The notes under the pieces: generated by a model
What the model saw: only the letters and a program-made list of their open reading frames with translations
What the model was told of the DNA's origin: nothing
The model's database searches: none
Shown here: positions 31,901 through 46,900 of the stretch, piece after piece
Layout: the number at the start of each line of letters is the position of its first letter
How positions within the stretch are numbered: position 1 is the first letter of the stretch
Assembly: GCA_028715345.1 (NCBI GenBank)
Contig: JAQUSB010000006.1
Coordinates: 4,096-68,095 of the forward strand
Length of the DNA: 64,000 bases
From: Candidatus Omnitrophota bacterium
Lineage (GTDB): Bacteria; Omnitrophota; Gorgyraeia; 2-01-FULL-45-10
Direction of reading: 5' to 3'
Position numbers and translations under genes: made by a program

Positions 31901-34900
31901 CGTTTCCAGCGCATAAAACATCGCGGATACACCTCCGCCGGCTCCCGTTTTTACGCCTCTTGCCGAGTTGGGCGCTTTTTCACCGGGCCACGGCCTGTCT
32001 TTTGTCGTAAACCATTCTTTTGCGGTCAATTCTTCGGGCAATTTGTTAGAACCAGGACCCCATATTTCAAGACGAATCCCGTCATAAGGCTCATTGCATG
32101 GATAAATTCTGGCCACAACATAATTACTAGCCGTCCCTCCTCCGCCGAATGAATAGCGATATTCATGATGCTTTAAATTTGCGATTATGTTCATCAGTAC
32201 ATGTTTAAGGAATAATTCCATCGCCTCCGGCGCGCTCGCTTCGACTCCGGCATCCTTACGTAATTGAACGCTGAAATTATTTTCTTCAGCCGCTTTCATT
32301 ACTTTTTCCGCAAGCGGCTTACCGGTATCTATTTTAAACAGATCAACTTTGGTAAGGTCTATTTCTGTTTCGGCAAAAGCAGGCACAGGCCCTGTCTTGC
32401 GAGAGGTATGCACAGGAATGCCTGCGGCATCCGGCTCAATACGCGCATATTTACCGGGCTTCGGTATCGCCGTGTCTTTGCCTTCTGCCACAGCGGTTTG
32501 TTGCGGCGTTGCCGCCTCGGCTGGCTTCTCCGACACTGCGGCATCTTCCCGCAAAACAGCCTGCTTGGCCTCTTGCCATGCCTGTCTCCATACGGCCCTT
32601 TCTTTGCTCCAGTAAGCGTTAAATGCCTGGGCGCCTTTACTTTGGAAAATCATACTACGCATATCATCCGGCAGAACTCTGCCCAGGACACGCATCACGC
32701 CTGAAAGTTTTTCACTCGCATAGCCGAAACGCTTTTCTACATCCGTATACACCAGCCGCGCCCATATTTTACGTTCAGATGTCTTGAAGCGAACAATGCG
32801 AGCCTCGGGTATACCCATGATTATGATGTCTCTACCTGTCATAGGGGTAACCTTAAATATCGCCTTAGTAAGCTCCTCAAATGCCGCCGATGATGCCTCC
32901 TGATCAAGCTCCAGAGCTCTTTTGATACGACGCGCCACCTCATCTGGGCCTTTATAAAACATGTCTTCCAACCATCTTAATAAAAGTATTTCTTTCCTGC
33001 TATTAAGCGACAATTCGCCTTGCAACGCTTCTGTTATCGTTCCGCGGAAATCTCTATCTGCGAACATAGGCTCAGCCTGCAGGCATATATCATTTACCAT
33101 ACTGTTAAGTTTCGCGTCAGCTTCCTGCATAGATATGGCGGGAGCAGCCTTATCGTGGAATGCTTCATCCAAAGACACATCTTCAGGGACTGAATCTGTC
33201 CAATCTTTAGAGTCAGTCGGCAATAGTTTATATTGGATCACCCCTCTGCCTAACCCCGCCTCAGCCATTCTCACCTTATAAATAGCTTCCATCACTACTT
33301 GACCATACTGCCTGCGTATAAAGCCCGGTATATCAGGATATAGCCGAGCTACATTAAGTTCTGTTCTTAGTCTCGTAAATAAAGTCGGATTCTGTGAAAA
33401 TACATAGACTATGCGCGCCCAATCTTTATTTGCCTCGGGAGTGCCGAGGTTTTCCATAGATTTAAAAGCGGCGATAACACCTTCTCCGTCGGGTACGGCC
33501 AGGCCTTTCGCCATGGCTGCCGTCCATTTCATAAAATCGCGCCTTGAAACCTGCGGCTGCCAGACGCCCCTCGCTTCAGACGGCAGAGGATGCAGAGGGT
33601 TACCGCCGAAATCATCCAAAGCCTTAATTCGGCCTCGCATGGCTTGCGGAACAGCAGTTTTAGCTACGCTTAGCTGATTTGCGGCGCCTCCCTGCGGCTT
33701 CGCGGGTTCGGCCGAGGCAGCTATGGCCATATCTACGGCAGCTCTCATCTCCTTGAAACTTTTATACATACCACTTTTTATTTGGCTGATCATTTCGGCA
33801 AAAGGCAGCCAATCTCCTGAGCCGGATCCTGTTATATATTCTTTAAGCTTGTCAGGGTTTTCCACTCCGCCCGGAATATTCACCTCGCCGGTAGCGAGAA
33901 CCGCAAGTGTATCACCTATCTTCCATTGATATGTTTCAAAAACATTCTGTCTATCGCCTGAAATGAACCATGAACCAAAATCCGTAAGCCTGAACCCTCC
34001 CTCGGCCGTTACAAGCATATGGCTGATCTTATAATCACTATAAACAATGCCCTCTTCCGAAAGCTTATCGGCGGCATCGATAAACTCTTTCACAGCCCCC
34101 AGCACCGTTTCAGGTTTTTTGCCCCTCGACCAAGTCAGTATGTCTTCGCCTTCGATCCATTCCATGGCATACCAACTGTTGTCCGGCGCCGCGTCTATAA
34201 AACGCGGAATAAATTTATATCCGCGCGTGCTGAGTCTTTTGGCCATAGCTATTTCATTAATAAAATCGGCTTCTATCAGTTTGACATTATATTTAATCGC
34301 TACTTTTGAGCTAGCCCCTATATCTTCCGCTTCATATATATTAGACATGGCATGCTGCCTGGGGCCCAAGCCGGTTATAACGAAAGAACGAGCCTGGCCT
34401 TTGACAGTTTGGCCGGGAATAAATTTTTCGCCTTTACCTTCACCCGGCATCTGCGCCCGGACGACTGCATTATCGCCGGATGGAACCGGAGCAGCCTCTT
34501 TATTTTGCACAGCAGCGCCAGATCTCGATAAGCGGTTAGCGATAAATTCACCCCACTTTTCTCCGTAGATCGGCGCGTTGGCCCTGATATTTGTCTTAAA
34601 TATTTCGACGGCCCCGTGATAGTGTTTAATACGCTCATCACATAATTTTATTATTGTTTCACGCTGCGCGTCGTCTGTATGTTTTGCGAATTCCCTTAAC
34701 GCAGCTATCGCTTTTTCATTTTGCACGATCCTTTCCCTCAATGATCGCTCTAAATTTTCATATTCTTCCCCGCCTTCTTTAGCTTTCCGGATCTTCTCAA
34801 GAAGCTCATTTTCAGTGTCAATTGAGTCCATCCTTCTGGCTATTAAATAATCCACCTGCCTGCCAAGGTCTAGTTTATTCTGTGCCGCGTTCTTTCTTGT

Positions 34901-37900
34901 AGAATCATAAATGGTATTCCCTGTCAATCTATCTAGCAGTATGGGATATAGCTCTATAGGCCCTTCCCCGGACGCGACTATATCGCGATATCTCTTTATC
35001 TTCGCAATAAGAGCATCCCCTCTCGACAGCAAGCGTCTGGCTATATATGCCGAGATCGACTCACCGATCGATCTTCCGGTTTCTTTTTGAAGCTTAGCTA
35101 TCTCGGCAGGGTAAGCATCTACATACGCATATGCATGATCTTCCTGGATCCTATCCCAGTATTCCACGGTGGTTTCAGGTAAACATTTTCCGAATAGATC
35201 GGTATATACCGCTTCGATCGCTTCGGCGGGTATACCGCTACTAGAGGCCACTTTTCCCACAATAATATGTCCAAGCGGCGATATTTGGAACGGGGACATC
35301 AAGCCTGCTTCCAGAAATGCCCGTCTATCCATTCCTTCTTTTCCCGGCTGCATTTCCGGCTTATCGGGCACACCTGCAGCTGCCGCTTGCGCCTTTTCAA
35401 CTTGCGGCTTCGCATCTCTATCCGGGGCGGGCAGGCTTTCGCGGCCTGTCTTTTCCTTGATATGCAAAGACCTTATTTCTTCCTGCAGCACACTTAACTC
35501 TATCTCTTCTCCCACAGCATCGATACGGGCCGGGGCAAGCTCCAGTTTTGCGGGTTGCTGGCTTATAATACCGCGGTTGATCGTGCAAGGTATGATATTA
35601 CCTGCCGTATCAACTCCGCCGACATAACGAGCGGGTGCGCGCAAAGAAGCCTCAAGCCATATCGCGGCGTCTTCTATATTCTTTTGTTTTATTTCGTCAA
35701 AACCAACCGTATCGTTAAAACCCGGTATATCGAGATTTGCGTCAGGATGCCGTGCAAATAAAATACAATTTTTGTTTCTCTCGAGGGGGGCAAAACGCCC
35801 GGGATACAAAATTTCAAGATATTCATTCAACCTATCGATCGCATGCCCATCCCACATGACATCTACCATCCGGGCATGCCGCTCGTCATTACCTACTATA
35901 TTTTTATTTTTCCGGAGATAGCTCAATATCCCATCTTTCGGGCTTCTTTCGTAAATAGTCCTGGGAAAATCGAGATATTTTATATCTGCATCGGGATCCA
36001 GCCCAAAGTCCGGAGCTAAAAACCTCGCTAACACATAAAGTTTGTATCCCGCCCCACCGATAAATACCATATACTCTTGTTTGGCATCGAGCCTACGCAT
36101 CTCGCTTGCAAGAAACTCATAAATAATCGATGCATGCTTTTTAGCCTCCGTCTTTATCCAGTCATACTCCGCACCCGGCGCGGATGCATTCTCGGTCTTC
36201 GGCGCTGGGCGCGGCGTGTTCGTCCTACCGATATCCGACTCGCCCCACGGGTCCGTCTCTTCGGGCGGATTACCTACGACGATCCTCACCTGCTCCTCGG
36301 GTCCGACATCCATAGTATCGCCGATCCCGAATGTCCACACCGCTCCGGACGAAGTTTTATACGGAGATATCTGCCTGCCAGCCGGATAAGTTCTCATAAG
36401 GGCGTTTTTACCGTAAGACGGCGCGGGCAAACGCACCATACCGATCGAGTCAAGATATCCCGATAGCTGTTTTATTATCCTGCCGGAACTTGTAACAGCC
36501 GCGGAAGAATCGGGCAAGAACGGCAGTTCGGATATCATGCTCCTTATTTCCGCGGTTAATCTTTTCACATCATCATTTTCGCCGTAAGCCTGGTACGCCT
36601 CCTTCGCGACGCACTCCGCTATGCCAAGCAGCGCCCGCAGATCGCCATACAGGCACATACGATAATCCCGCTCGCCGTCGCGGTATGGTATCTCATAATC
36701 TACGATATGCGGTAACCCGCTCGAGTAGAGTATATGAGGCCTTTCCGCGTCTACAGCGCCGTGAGCGATGCCCTTAGAGTGCATCTCGCTTACGGCTTCA
36801 TACAGCCAGATGATCTCATTGACCCTCGCGCTCAGATATTCTCTTAGAGGCATGCCTTCGAGAGCGCTGTAACGTATATGTTCGGCAAGGGACAGGGTCC
36901 CGTAATCGGGCATTAAATAGACGCCTTCATCCTTATACACGGCGTGCACTTTAGCGTGGCACGGGTGCTTTAAAAAGCCGCCGCACAGCTCTATCTCTTT
37001 TTCCCGGCCCTCTATTGGTTCGATAATAAATCGCAGACCCGTATCGACTTCCACGACTAACTTTTTATCGTCGCCGCCATGAGCAAAATTGCGTTTTTCT
37101 ACTTCATATTCTTTGCCGCCGAGGATAATTGCTTGACCAGTATTGAGACGGCTTATATCGATCTTCGCCGGGGCCCGGGTTATTTTTGGCTGTCCGCCTT
37201 TATCATTAGATATTACCCGCAGTACTTGCTCAAGATACGCATGAAGGTCGGAGGCTCTGACAACAGCACTGCCGTAAGGCGCGGGTTCGGAGATTAGCGG
37301 GGAATCCGGATAAAGGGCTCTGATCGCTTCCTGAAGATTATCTATACACCACAATAAGGAAAAGTCTTCGTTAAGTATGCCTATATTTAACGGCGGGGTA
37401 AGCTTTTCTTTAAGAGGCAACTCCCCGATCCGCAAACGCTCCGCGGCCGCCGCAACCACCGCGAGAGTATTATAGTACGATTCGACCCTGCCTTTATTTA
37501 CCTCCGGGTCAAGTCTCGCTTTCTGCCATGCCTCGGAAGCCCACCTCAAATAATAGTCGCCCAGCATATTCCATGCCAATATACCTGCGAACGCCGCTGT
37601 CATTACTGCGGCCGCCGGCACTAAACCATAGTTATAATACACGGCGAGTGCAACAAGCGCTAACGGCAGTATCTTAATAATGTTAAAAATCGGAGCGCTT
37701 CCCGATTCGCCCAATCCGTCCAAACCCTTATTTTCCGCAGTAACGCTTTGCGATAACTCACCTTCGAGACCATAAGCGGCGATTATTTTCTTTTTAACGG
37801 CCGCATTCTTTTCCGCGGCTGCTTCACTGACTCTTTTCGCAAGCGCATTGTAATGATCGTTGCGTATGTGCCTGCCATCGGGAGTAATACTCTGCCCAAA

Positions 37901-40900
37901 TCCATAAGCAGAAACATCGGAAATGTAGAATATCGTAAGTATCTTAAAGAAATTTTCCAGGCCTACGCCCGATTTTATCGCCATATCCTTGATCTCGGCA
38001 AAAGCTTCGTCGACGCTTTTTATGCCGCGCACCATCAGACCTATAGAGTCTTTCTCGATTAATGAGACCACAAAATCTATCTCCGCCGGGGTAAATTTCA
38101 GCCTATTCATCAGCTTTCGTATTATCTGAGGAGTGTAAGTATATTGGCGGTTTTTATCTCCTTCATCTTCGGCCATAGGTTTACCTATATCGTGCAGCAT
38201 AAGGGTCAGCCTGAAGAGCGCCGGCACATCGAGGTTGGGTATTTTCGGCAGATCGCCCGCCATGCCCGACCGCTCGAAATTTCTGGCTACTATCAGTGTG
38301 TGCCCGTATAGTTTTCGGCCGGCCGCGGTAAACGCCTTCGCGTATCCGAGCCTGTCACTACTAACAAAATCGAGCGTTTTCCTTATATCATACTGCCCTC
38401 CCCTGCCTCCCCATAAAAGGAGCTCATTTAGAGATTCCCGCAAAGCCGTGCTTTCGCTGTCCGGGCCGGGAAGCGCTTCTTCCAATAGCCTACTGACTTC
38501 ATTTACGTCTTCGAAACCGAGCACCGAGGCTATCTTTTGGCTGTCAGGCAACGGGAAATCCGGAGATATGAATGACAAGGCCACCAAAGCCTTTATCAAT
38601 TCCTTTTTCGAATCATCCGTCAATGCCGACAGCGGGACAGCTTTATTACTGATGACGCCGAAATCCGGGGAAAAAGATATGCCTAAATCTACTAATTTTT
38701 TGGCATCGAAAGCGAGAGCTATAGAGGGTGTCTCTAAAATTTTTCTTCCAAGGCCCATGCCTTTGGCCACCTCTAAAAGAGGGACGCGATTCAGGAACCA
38801 CGTGGGGCGTCTAAGAGATACCTCATTACGGCTTAATATCAACCATATAACGCCGATCCAGGTGCGGTGATAAAGCCATCCTTTATTGGAAGGATTTTCC
38901 TGAAGATATCGGTTAAGGAATCCGGACGATGTATATGCCACCGGAATTAACGGCGCGGGGCGGGATACGGGCGCCATACTTGCGGTATCGGCAAGCAAAT
39001 CGCTGTGCGCCGGCGCGCGTATCCTGTAAGAACCTAATCCTATAGAGCTTCTGACATTAATATGGCGGTTGCCCGACGAGGCCGCGCAAAGCTGAGGAAA
39101 AACTTTTACGGGAAAATCATCCTGCAGGAAATACAACGCCGAGCCTACACAACCGCTCAAATCCTCATCCGCAACGCGCACGCCGCCGGAAGATGAAAAT
39201 TCGGCCAGCTCTCCGCCGAAAGGCGATATCTCTTCCACTCCCATCTCTCTCATTGCAACAACCAGCTTCTTCCAGGCAGGCCTGCAGCCTTCCGTAGTAT
39301 CAAGATCGACCCGCACTCCTATCGAAGGCGTAGGGTTATATGGCGTAACTGACGGCACATCCACGATAACCGCTCTCGTCTCCACGTCCTGCAAATTCTC
39401 ATAATCTCCGCCTATGACAAAAACTACGCCTGTCTCTTCACGTAACGCAGTCTTCAGGTTGGCAAGATAAACCTCTCTTTCATGCGGATCCGCAACGTAC
39501 TTACCTCCTATATGCACGTACAGAGCCGCCCTGCCCTCATGACGCGATATTATCTTAAGCAGATCATTTTTGCGCGCAAGCGCCTCCTGCCAGCTTATCC
39601 TGCGCGACGATATCGGGCCCGGCATAACCTTGCCACCTGATGCGAATAAATCCCGCGGCGCCGGCATTGCAAGCCGCTTTTTCAAGCGCTCTATCAAGTC
39701 TCTTTCGGCAGTCCCGGACGGGAATAACGCCTCTCCCCTTCTCATAGATTCGGCGCGCAGATATTCTTTATAAGCAGCAACGATTCTCTGTTCGGTGCGC
39801 CGCCCTTGAGGCATACCGGACAAGGCCTCGGCGTCGGCTATACTCATCCCCAGCTCCGTCAATATTTCCGTAAAAAAGGTTCTCATATCTTTAAGGTGTC
39901 TGTCCTTCTTCGAATACGGCCCGACTATTATCGTATCTTTATATTCGGATCCAAACCGGCCGAATGCGGCGTCGATATACAAGGCGGGTTTTTCGTTCCC
40001 TGTATACACGGCTGCCCACGCATGATATATATCAGGGGCATCTTTATTTTTGTATAGCCCCGGGGTAACTTCTATTCTCACCTCATCGTTTCCGCCTATC
40101 GGAACATTAAACCGTTCGGACAATAATTCCGCCAAGAGAACGGATATTACGCCAGATTCCCGGGATTGAAGATCGGACACCCCTTCTTCTTTCAGCGCGG
40201 CAAAGAGATCGCCCTCGATACTCTTAATGAAATCGCTTATTTCCGCGTGGCTGACACCCGGATCTGCCCGGTATCCATCCTGCAGTTCTTTCATATCATT
40301 CCGCTCCGTTGGATGCAGCCAATGCTTATAATTCGGCTGGACGTGATAGCGAGCTATGTCTACTCCTTCTTTTTTTAATGCCTCTATAAAGGTCCCATTA
40401 CTTTCTGCCAGGGCTATGACCGTGCCTTTCACAGGGACAGCGTCAAAGAGCCCTTCTTCTTTATATAATGCCGCTGCCGCAGCTATATGATCCGCTATAA
40501 CCTGGCAGGCCCTTGAGGAAAGTTTATTGCTATTTACGAAAATTTTTATACGCGCTCCCGGAACAAGATCGGATGTATTTAACATAATACCACCCGCGTC
40601 AAACCTGTTTTTTATCGGTGAAACCCCTCCGCCTCTTTCGATCATACTATATTCTATTTTAAGATCTTCCCGGAAATTCAAGCCTGCGCTTAACAATATC
40701 GAGGCCATCGCGCCAGCCGGTTTCCCGTGCATATCAACATTCAGCGTCGCAATGGCGCTGGCTTCCCCGTAAGCAGGTGCGCCGCCGCCCTGCAAGTCCT
40801 CAACTGAACGAAATGCCCTTGCGCCGAAATTGCGCGCGGTTCGGATCATTTCGTTTCCGATCTCACGGCCAAGCGTACCGAGAATGTCACCCTTGATCAC

Positions 40901-43900
40901 CGCACTGGCAGCTGCCGCGGCCCACTGGGCACCGTGCCTGCCCGGCCACGGCCTTTGTCTTCCCCCTCCGACTGCCGCTTTCCGGCCTTCCGTCTTCACC
41001 TGCGCCCGGGAGTCCGCCCTAATAACCTTTAACTCATAAACGCGCTTGTCATATTCAAAGATGCGGCCCGTTTCTTTTATTTCGTATCCGCACATCTTGC
41101 CGATCCTTATCAGCGATCCGATCATTTGCGGTTCTTTGTCCCGGGAAAGCGCTGACAACAAAATTACTCCGTCCGGCTTGGACAATGGTAAGACCGCCGC
41201 GATCAGATCATTTCTTTCGCTATCGCCTAATTCATCTAATACGTTCAACAGGAATATCTTAGAGTAATGATTTTTAGGCAAATCAACATCCTGAACGCGG
41301 CCTCGATATGTTCCCGTATCTATGCGCTCGCCTATCATGTCGTAGCCGAATATTTTTTCCATGAGCCTTTTGTAAAAATTTACTTTTCCTTCAAAGCATT
41401 TCGTCTGTTCTATAGCCCCTATATCACGTATTTCATAATATGGCGGCTGACATAAGTCCACTCTTGCACCTTTTATTGCAGAAAAAACGGCATGATCCGC
41501 AAGGGGGCCGCTGCCGATACACAATACGTCATCATCCTGCCCAATGCCGATCCCATCGATCATATAGGCTGTATTAGAACGCATCCAATCATATGTACCT
41601 AACTCCCGATCCATAGCATCGGCTATCACTGAAGCAGTTATGGGCTTAGTCACGGTTGGGCCGGTTTGCCGGTTTTCAGGCGCCATTTTTATATGCACAT
41701 AGGCTGTCTCTTCCACCGTTCCACTAATATCATCAATATAAGGGACATTCAGGCTGAACTTTCCGACAAACCGCACGAAGGGGTCTTCCGGATATCTCGT
41801 AATCGCAAAAGGCTCTACCGAAATATGTATACCGCCGGGTTTAAGGATACGCCCGATCTCTTTCCGCGCTTGAGCGGCCTGGCCGCGGTCAAAGGGCATC
41901 GCCTTTACCGTATCGAAAATGCACCTCTCCGTTACAATGTCCATCATACCGGTAAACTCTTCAGGCAATTCAAGAACGTTCATGCGATATCCGTATATCT
42001 TGGGTGTCGGTTTTCCATGAAATTGCTCGTCGAGGAAATAGTCTAATGCGTAGAAAACGTCCCAACTGACGTCAACAAGATGTATGGCGCCTATCTCCGG
42101 GTATTGCTTGATCAATCTGGTAATTGCTTTAGGATTCGTTCCCGGCCCTATAAAAAGAACGTTAGCGCCTTTAAGGTCCGGCTTGAAAGAATAGGGCCCC
42201 GTATCGGTTTTCATGGCTTCTTCGATAAAATTACCGACGAAATGATATCTGGTGTTCTCCTGCGGGGCAATACTTGTAGAAACATACGCATCTTCTGTAT
42301 TAAAATCGGGTGAAGTGACTCTGTATTTCATCCCGGCTTCCATAATTTGCTGCGCAGTTAACCATTCACGCAGTTCTATAACTTTTAATTTGGGCATTTT
42401 ATCATTTTCTAGTTCACCCAGGCGCTTCTCTATTCTTATTGCTTTCTTCGCGGGGCCATACATACCTATTGCGTTAACGGCCATACCAGGACGCGATTCT
42501 TCTCTCCTGGGGAATACGCGGTCTTCTCCGTTATCCGGCGAGCGCCTGATATCTAAATAGGGGTCGGGATTTGATTTCGATGCCGTTTTTTGTTTATCCG
42601 GCAACGGTACACTAGCCATGAAAACTAATCGCCCGCCCTCGAGTTTAATCCCTATATTTAGTCTTTTAGCGATCTTCGCATACGCTTTAATCTCTTTCTT
42701 GACTATACTGGGCATAACAACATCTTTTTTATATCCCTTGGCATCCTCTAATACCAATTTCATTAAACGGAACCGCACGTCCTCTTTACGCGTTTCATCA
42801 TATACATATAAATAATTTACGTATATTTTGCCCGGGTAATTTACGGGGTCGAGATCATATTTAATATCTCCTAGTCTATGAGGGCCGGACTTTATGGTAA
42901 AATAAACTTTGTGATGCCCTTCCTGATATCGCTCATGTTCGATTTTGAGACTTGCGGGCATAAGGGGTTCTTTGGGGAAAAGTTTGTTATATACCATTAT
43001 GATAATGTTGACTATAACATGGGTAATAACATACCCGGCATAAAGACATATAGCAGGCGCGCCGGGAGATTTAAATGTCCACCAGAGGCTTATAAGCATT
43101 ACCGCAATAGGAGCGGTAAAAACACCCTGGATCGTATCGCTTGCAGAGGGTTCCTTATTATTATTGGCTTTATATAACGAGACATACCTTGGGACATTTA
43201 CATCATGCAATAAAACCAATAGCAGCGACGCGAAGATCACTCCTGCTAACCCGCCAATAATACCGCCAACCCCTTCACCCATATTATGCCCCATGACTCT
43301 GACGCCCTCTTCCAGTAACGGCATTATGATCAAACTGCTGAACCAACTTATACCGGAACTAGAGCTCAACGCTATCGAGCCTGACGGGCGGTCATCATCC
43401 ATATCTTCCAGAGATACAACCGGGGCCTTATCTATTTTCCCGCTGAGAAGGTTCGCTGATTCCCCATCCTCTTTTACCCGCGACCCGGGAAGCCGATCCT
43501 GCGGCGCCGGACGCGGAGTGCCGCCGCCCAGATCTTCCGGCATACCGTCCGACGTTAACCAGTCACCGGCGGGTTTTAAATAGCTTCGCGGGCCATCCGT
43601 GCTTTTCAATGGATTCTGCGGCACGCGGCCTGCGGCCATCTTCTTCACCGCGCCCTGCGGCCGTGCCTCGGACGGAGCCGTTGTGCTCGTTAGAACCTTC
43701 AAATTATTCTCTAAACGCCCTATTTCAGTTTCTATGAGCAAATAATCTATGACATCGCCTCTTATTCCGTTAAAATATTTACCATCCCGCATATCAGCCA
43801 GAAAAACCTTTAATCTCACGATATCTTTTTCTAATTGCCTGAGGGCCTTTCGCTTTATTTCCGGCAGGTTCAACCCCTCGCCTCTTCCTATTCTCGCATC

Positions 43901-46900
43901 AAGCTCTGCCAGATCTTGATGTGGCATGGAGCCGAGCGCCCTTTCTACCTCAAGTTGTTGCGGAAGTATCTTGGCTATGACTTCGTTAAAGCACCCTGTT
44001 TCTGTCAATTCTCTTCTTGTTTCTTTATTGACAAAGCCTATCTGTATATAAGGCAAAAATTTCCTTCTTTCAGAAATGGAAATACCTGATTCATTTAATT
44101 CAGCGGCCAAATACCTCTGCCAGGAAGGATGGCGCTTCCTTACTTTGTCCCGCGCCTTCTCTTCCGCTGCCGCTACCTTATCCTTAAGGGATTTATTTTC
44201 AGGCAGATCTATTATCCTGTGCCATTCTTTAAGAAGCATCCCCTGAGAAACCAGAAATATATTTATCATTTGATTATTGAGCGGGACCCGCACATTACCC
44301 GATTCCGCCTGCGCCCTGAATGCCCTATCTATCGCATCGTAACCTTCTATGTTAGTACGAGCCCTGATCGGCATCGGCTCATCTAAAAGTGTGCTATCCG
44401 TTCTGCTTTCTGCGTACGTTTTTATAACCTCACCCATAGGACGCAGTAAAGAAAAACGCGATAACATACTGCCCGCGCCATACATTACGTTCATCGCGGT
44501 AAAATCAAATTGCCTTCGGGTTACGTCAAGCCGGGACGGCGCCAGCCGTTTCGCGAAAATCTCTTGTTCGTACTTAAAATATTTCAGGTTTTGTTCATGG
44601 TGGATGCCGGAGGTGCGGTAATAGATCAGCGCGGCTAATATTACGGCGGCGGCAAGAGGCAGGACCGCGGCAAGGTAAAGAATAGATACTACAAACAAAG
44701 GAACCGCGTTCAATAAAGCTATCGCTAACGCGTCGGACAGCGGGGGCCCTCTTACTCCCGGAGCAGATATGGCATGAGCGGCGAAGAATAAGGTCCAGGT
44801 GACTGCGATAGAACCGCACAGGGCAAGTAAAAGGTTATAATCCGAAAAATACGCCAAAGCGGCCGAAAGCAATAGATTGCCTATGCCAAACCACTTCTGC
44901 TCGAAGCGGGATTGCCCCCTCTTGTCCCATCCCTTCTTATCGAAAAGATAACTCACCCACGGGATCATTCCGACTATATCGCGTCCTGTTTCCGTTTTGC
45001 GCAGTAAAGTATTTACCGCCTCTGCCGAAAGTTCATACACACCCAGACATTTCTTGACTTCGTAATGTTTCAGATAGCCCAGGATGGTTAAACTGCCGCT
45101 ATCCGGAGACACCGTTAACCCAAAAACTTTACCGAAAGGTACGGGAATATAACCGGCTTCCCTGAAGCCTTCTGCGGTCTCGGTATATAAATGTATGCGC
45201 GCCGGAGACGAAACTGTCTCTTCCGCTATATAAAACCTGGTCCCCGTCCCGTCCCGCCCGTGCATAATACCGACAGGCTGGTTAATAATATAGTTGAATA
45301 CGGCCGCAGCAGGGTTGGCCGCTCCTTCCGCCGATGCTTTTTTGTCATTTACGAACGCTTTCCTGTCAATATCGAAAAAATTGACTATGCTCACCGGCAT
45401 GACGTAGACTTCAGGATGGCCGGCCACTATAAGTATGCGGTTCACCCGATCGATACTCAGGTGCACCTCCATGCATTCCGTGCGGTCATAACCATTACCT
45501 CCGTAAAGCGAAGACCCGACCCTCTCCTTTTCACCGCTCGTAAGATCCATGACCATTATCGATTGCCGGGCATAGTCCCAGTAATATAACTTCCTTTCGA
45601 AAACGGCCATAGACGCAGGCTCCGCCTCCATCTCTTTATCGGCTGTATCGTATTCTTTTATGAAACGACCGTCCGGACCGTATTCAAATACCCGCCCGTC
45701 CCCGGCCGCAGCAAATATGGACTCTTTCTCGTCCACAGTAATGCAATTCGCGTTACTAATATAGTTGCCTTCACCGTCCGCAAGAGAAACGTAAGCGCCC
45801 GTATCCATATTGCGTATCTGCGGGCGGCCCCTTACTACAAATACGATGTTGCCGTTCGCAAGCCTTTCGGCGGAATTTGTCTCGTTGTCGCTTGTCGAAG
45901 TCAATAGCTCGAAAGAATCGGAATATTCGGGGTAATCATAAATTATCGCGCGGGCCCTGAGAGAACCGTCTTTAAGCAATCCTGCCGTCTTAGCTCCGAT
46001 ACCTTTTACTCTATTCGCATATCTGCGCATATCGGCCCCGGCCTGGATATTCAGCGGGATCGCTCTCCACTTTCCGGCTATAGCAGCCTGATCTTTACGG
46101 CTTTTTATCGCATCAGCCTCTTTACGCAGTCTTTTAGCCGCCGCATTCTCTATCTTTTTCCTGTGGTTACTAGCCTCGCGCCATGCCTTTTCCTGTTCAT
46201 CTACCAGCGCTTCATCTTCCGAGTCCATATTCACAAAATATGTGTCAGATGCGGCATACTGTTTATCGCGCCCGACGGCCAGCCGTTTTACCATCCTTCT
46301 TACATAAGAGACAGGTAATGCGTTTAAACCTTCCTTATAACACCGCAGGCTCTCTCTTGCCGCGTCAAGCACATCTAACACTCTGTACAAAACAGCCGGG
46401 GTCAGCTTCCTGTCCCAGCCGGGCATAGAGCTTTTTAACCGGTCTGCAAGTTCGTCCCATACCCTCGCTCGCATCTCTTCGCCCGGCGGCACTATACCGT
46501 CTTTGCATATTCTATCGTAAAAAACTTTCGGGGCGAACATGTCCGCTTTTTCACGCATAGCTTTTAATATCTTTCCGGCCGTATCGGAGTTTAACTCTCC
46601 GGGTTCCAGCCGCCTTAAAGCGGATAGTCTATTAAGAGCGTCGCTCCTATTTCCGTCAAGAAGCATCTTTTCTAACAATGTCTCTGCGCCGAAATCAACT
46701 CTGTCCGCACCCCAATTGGCCTTCACTATACCTACTATTCGAGCCTCTTCATTTATAGCCGCGATAAGCCACTCTCTGCCTTCCGTTATTTCGGTTTCGG
46801 AGATCGAGGCCGGCGGGACGCTTCTTATGGTATATCCCTGGCTTCTCATGAATCTCTCTTCCGCGCCGTATTCTTTTATCATCCGACGTATCTCATGAAT

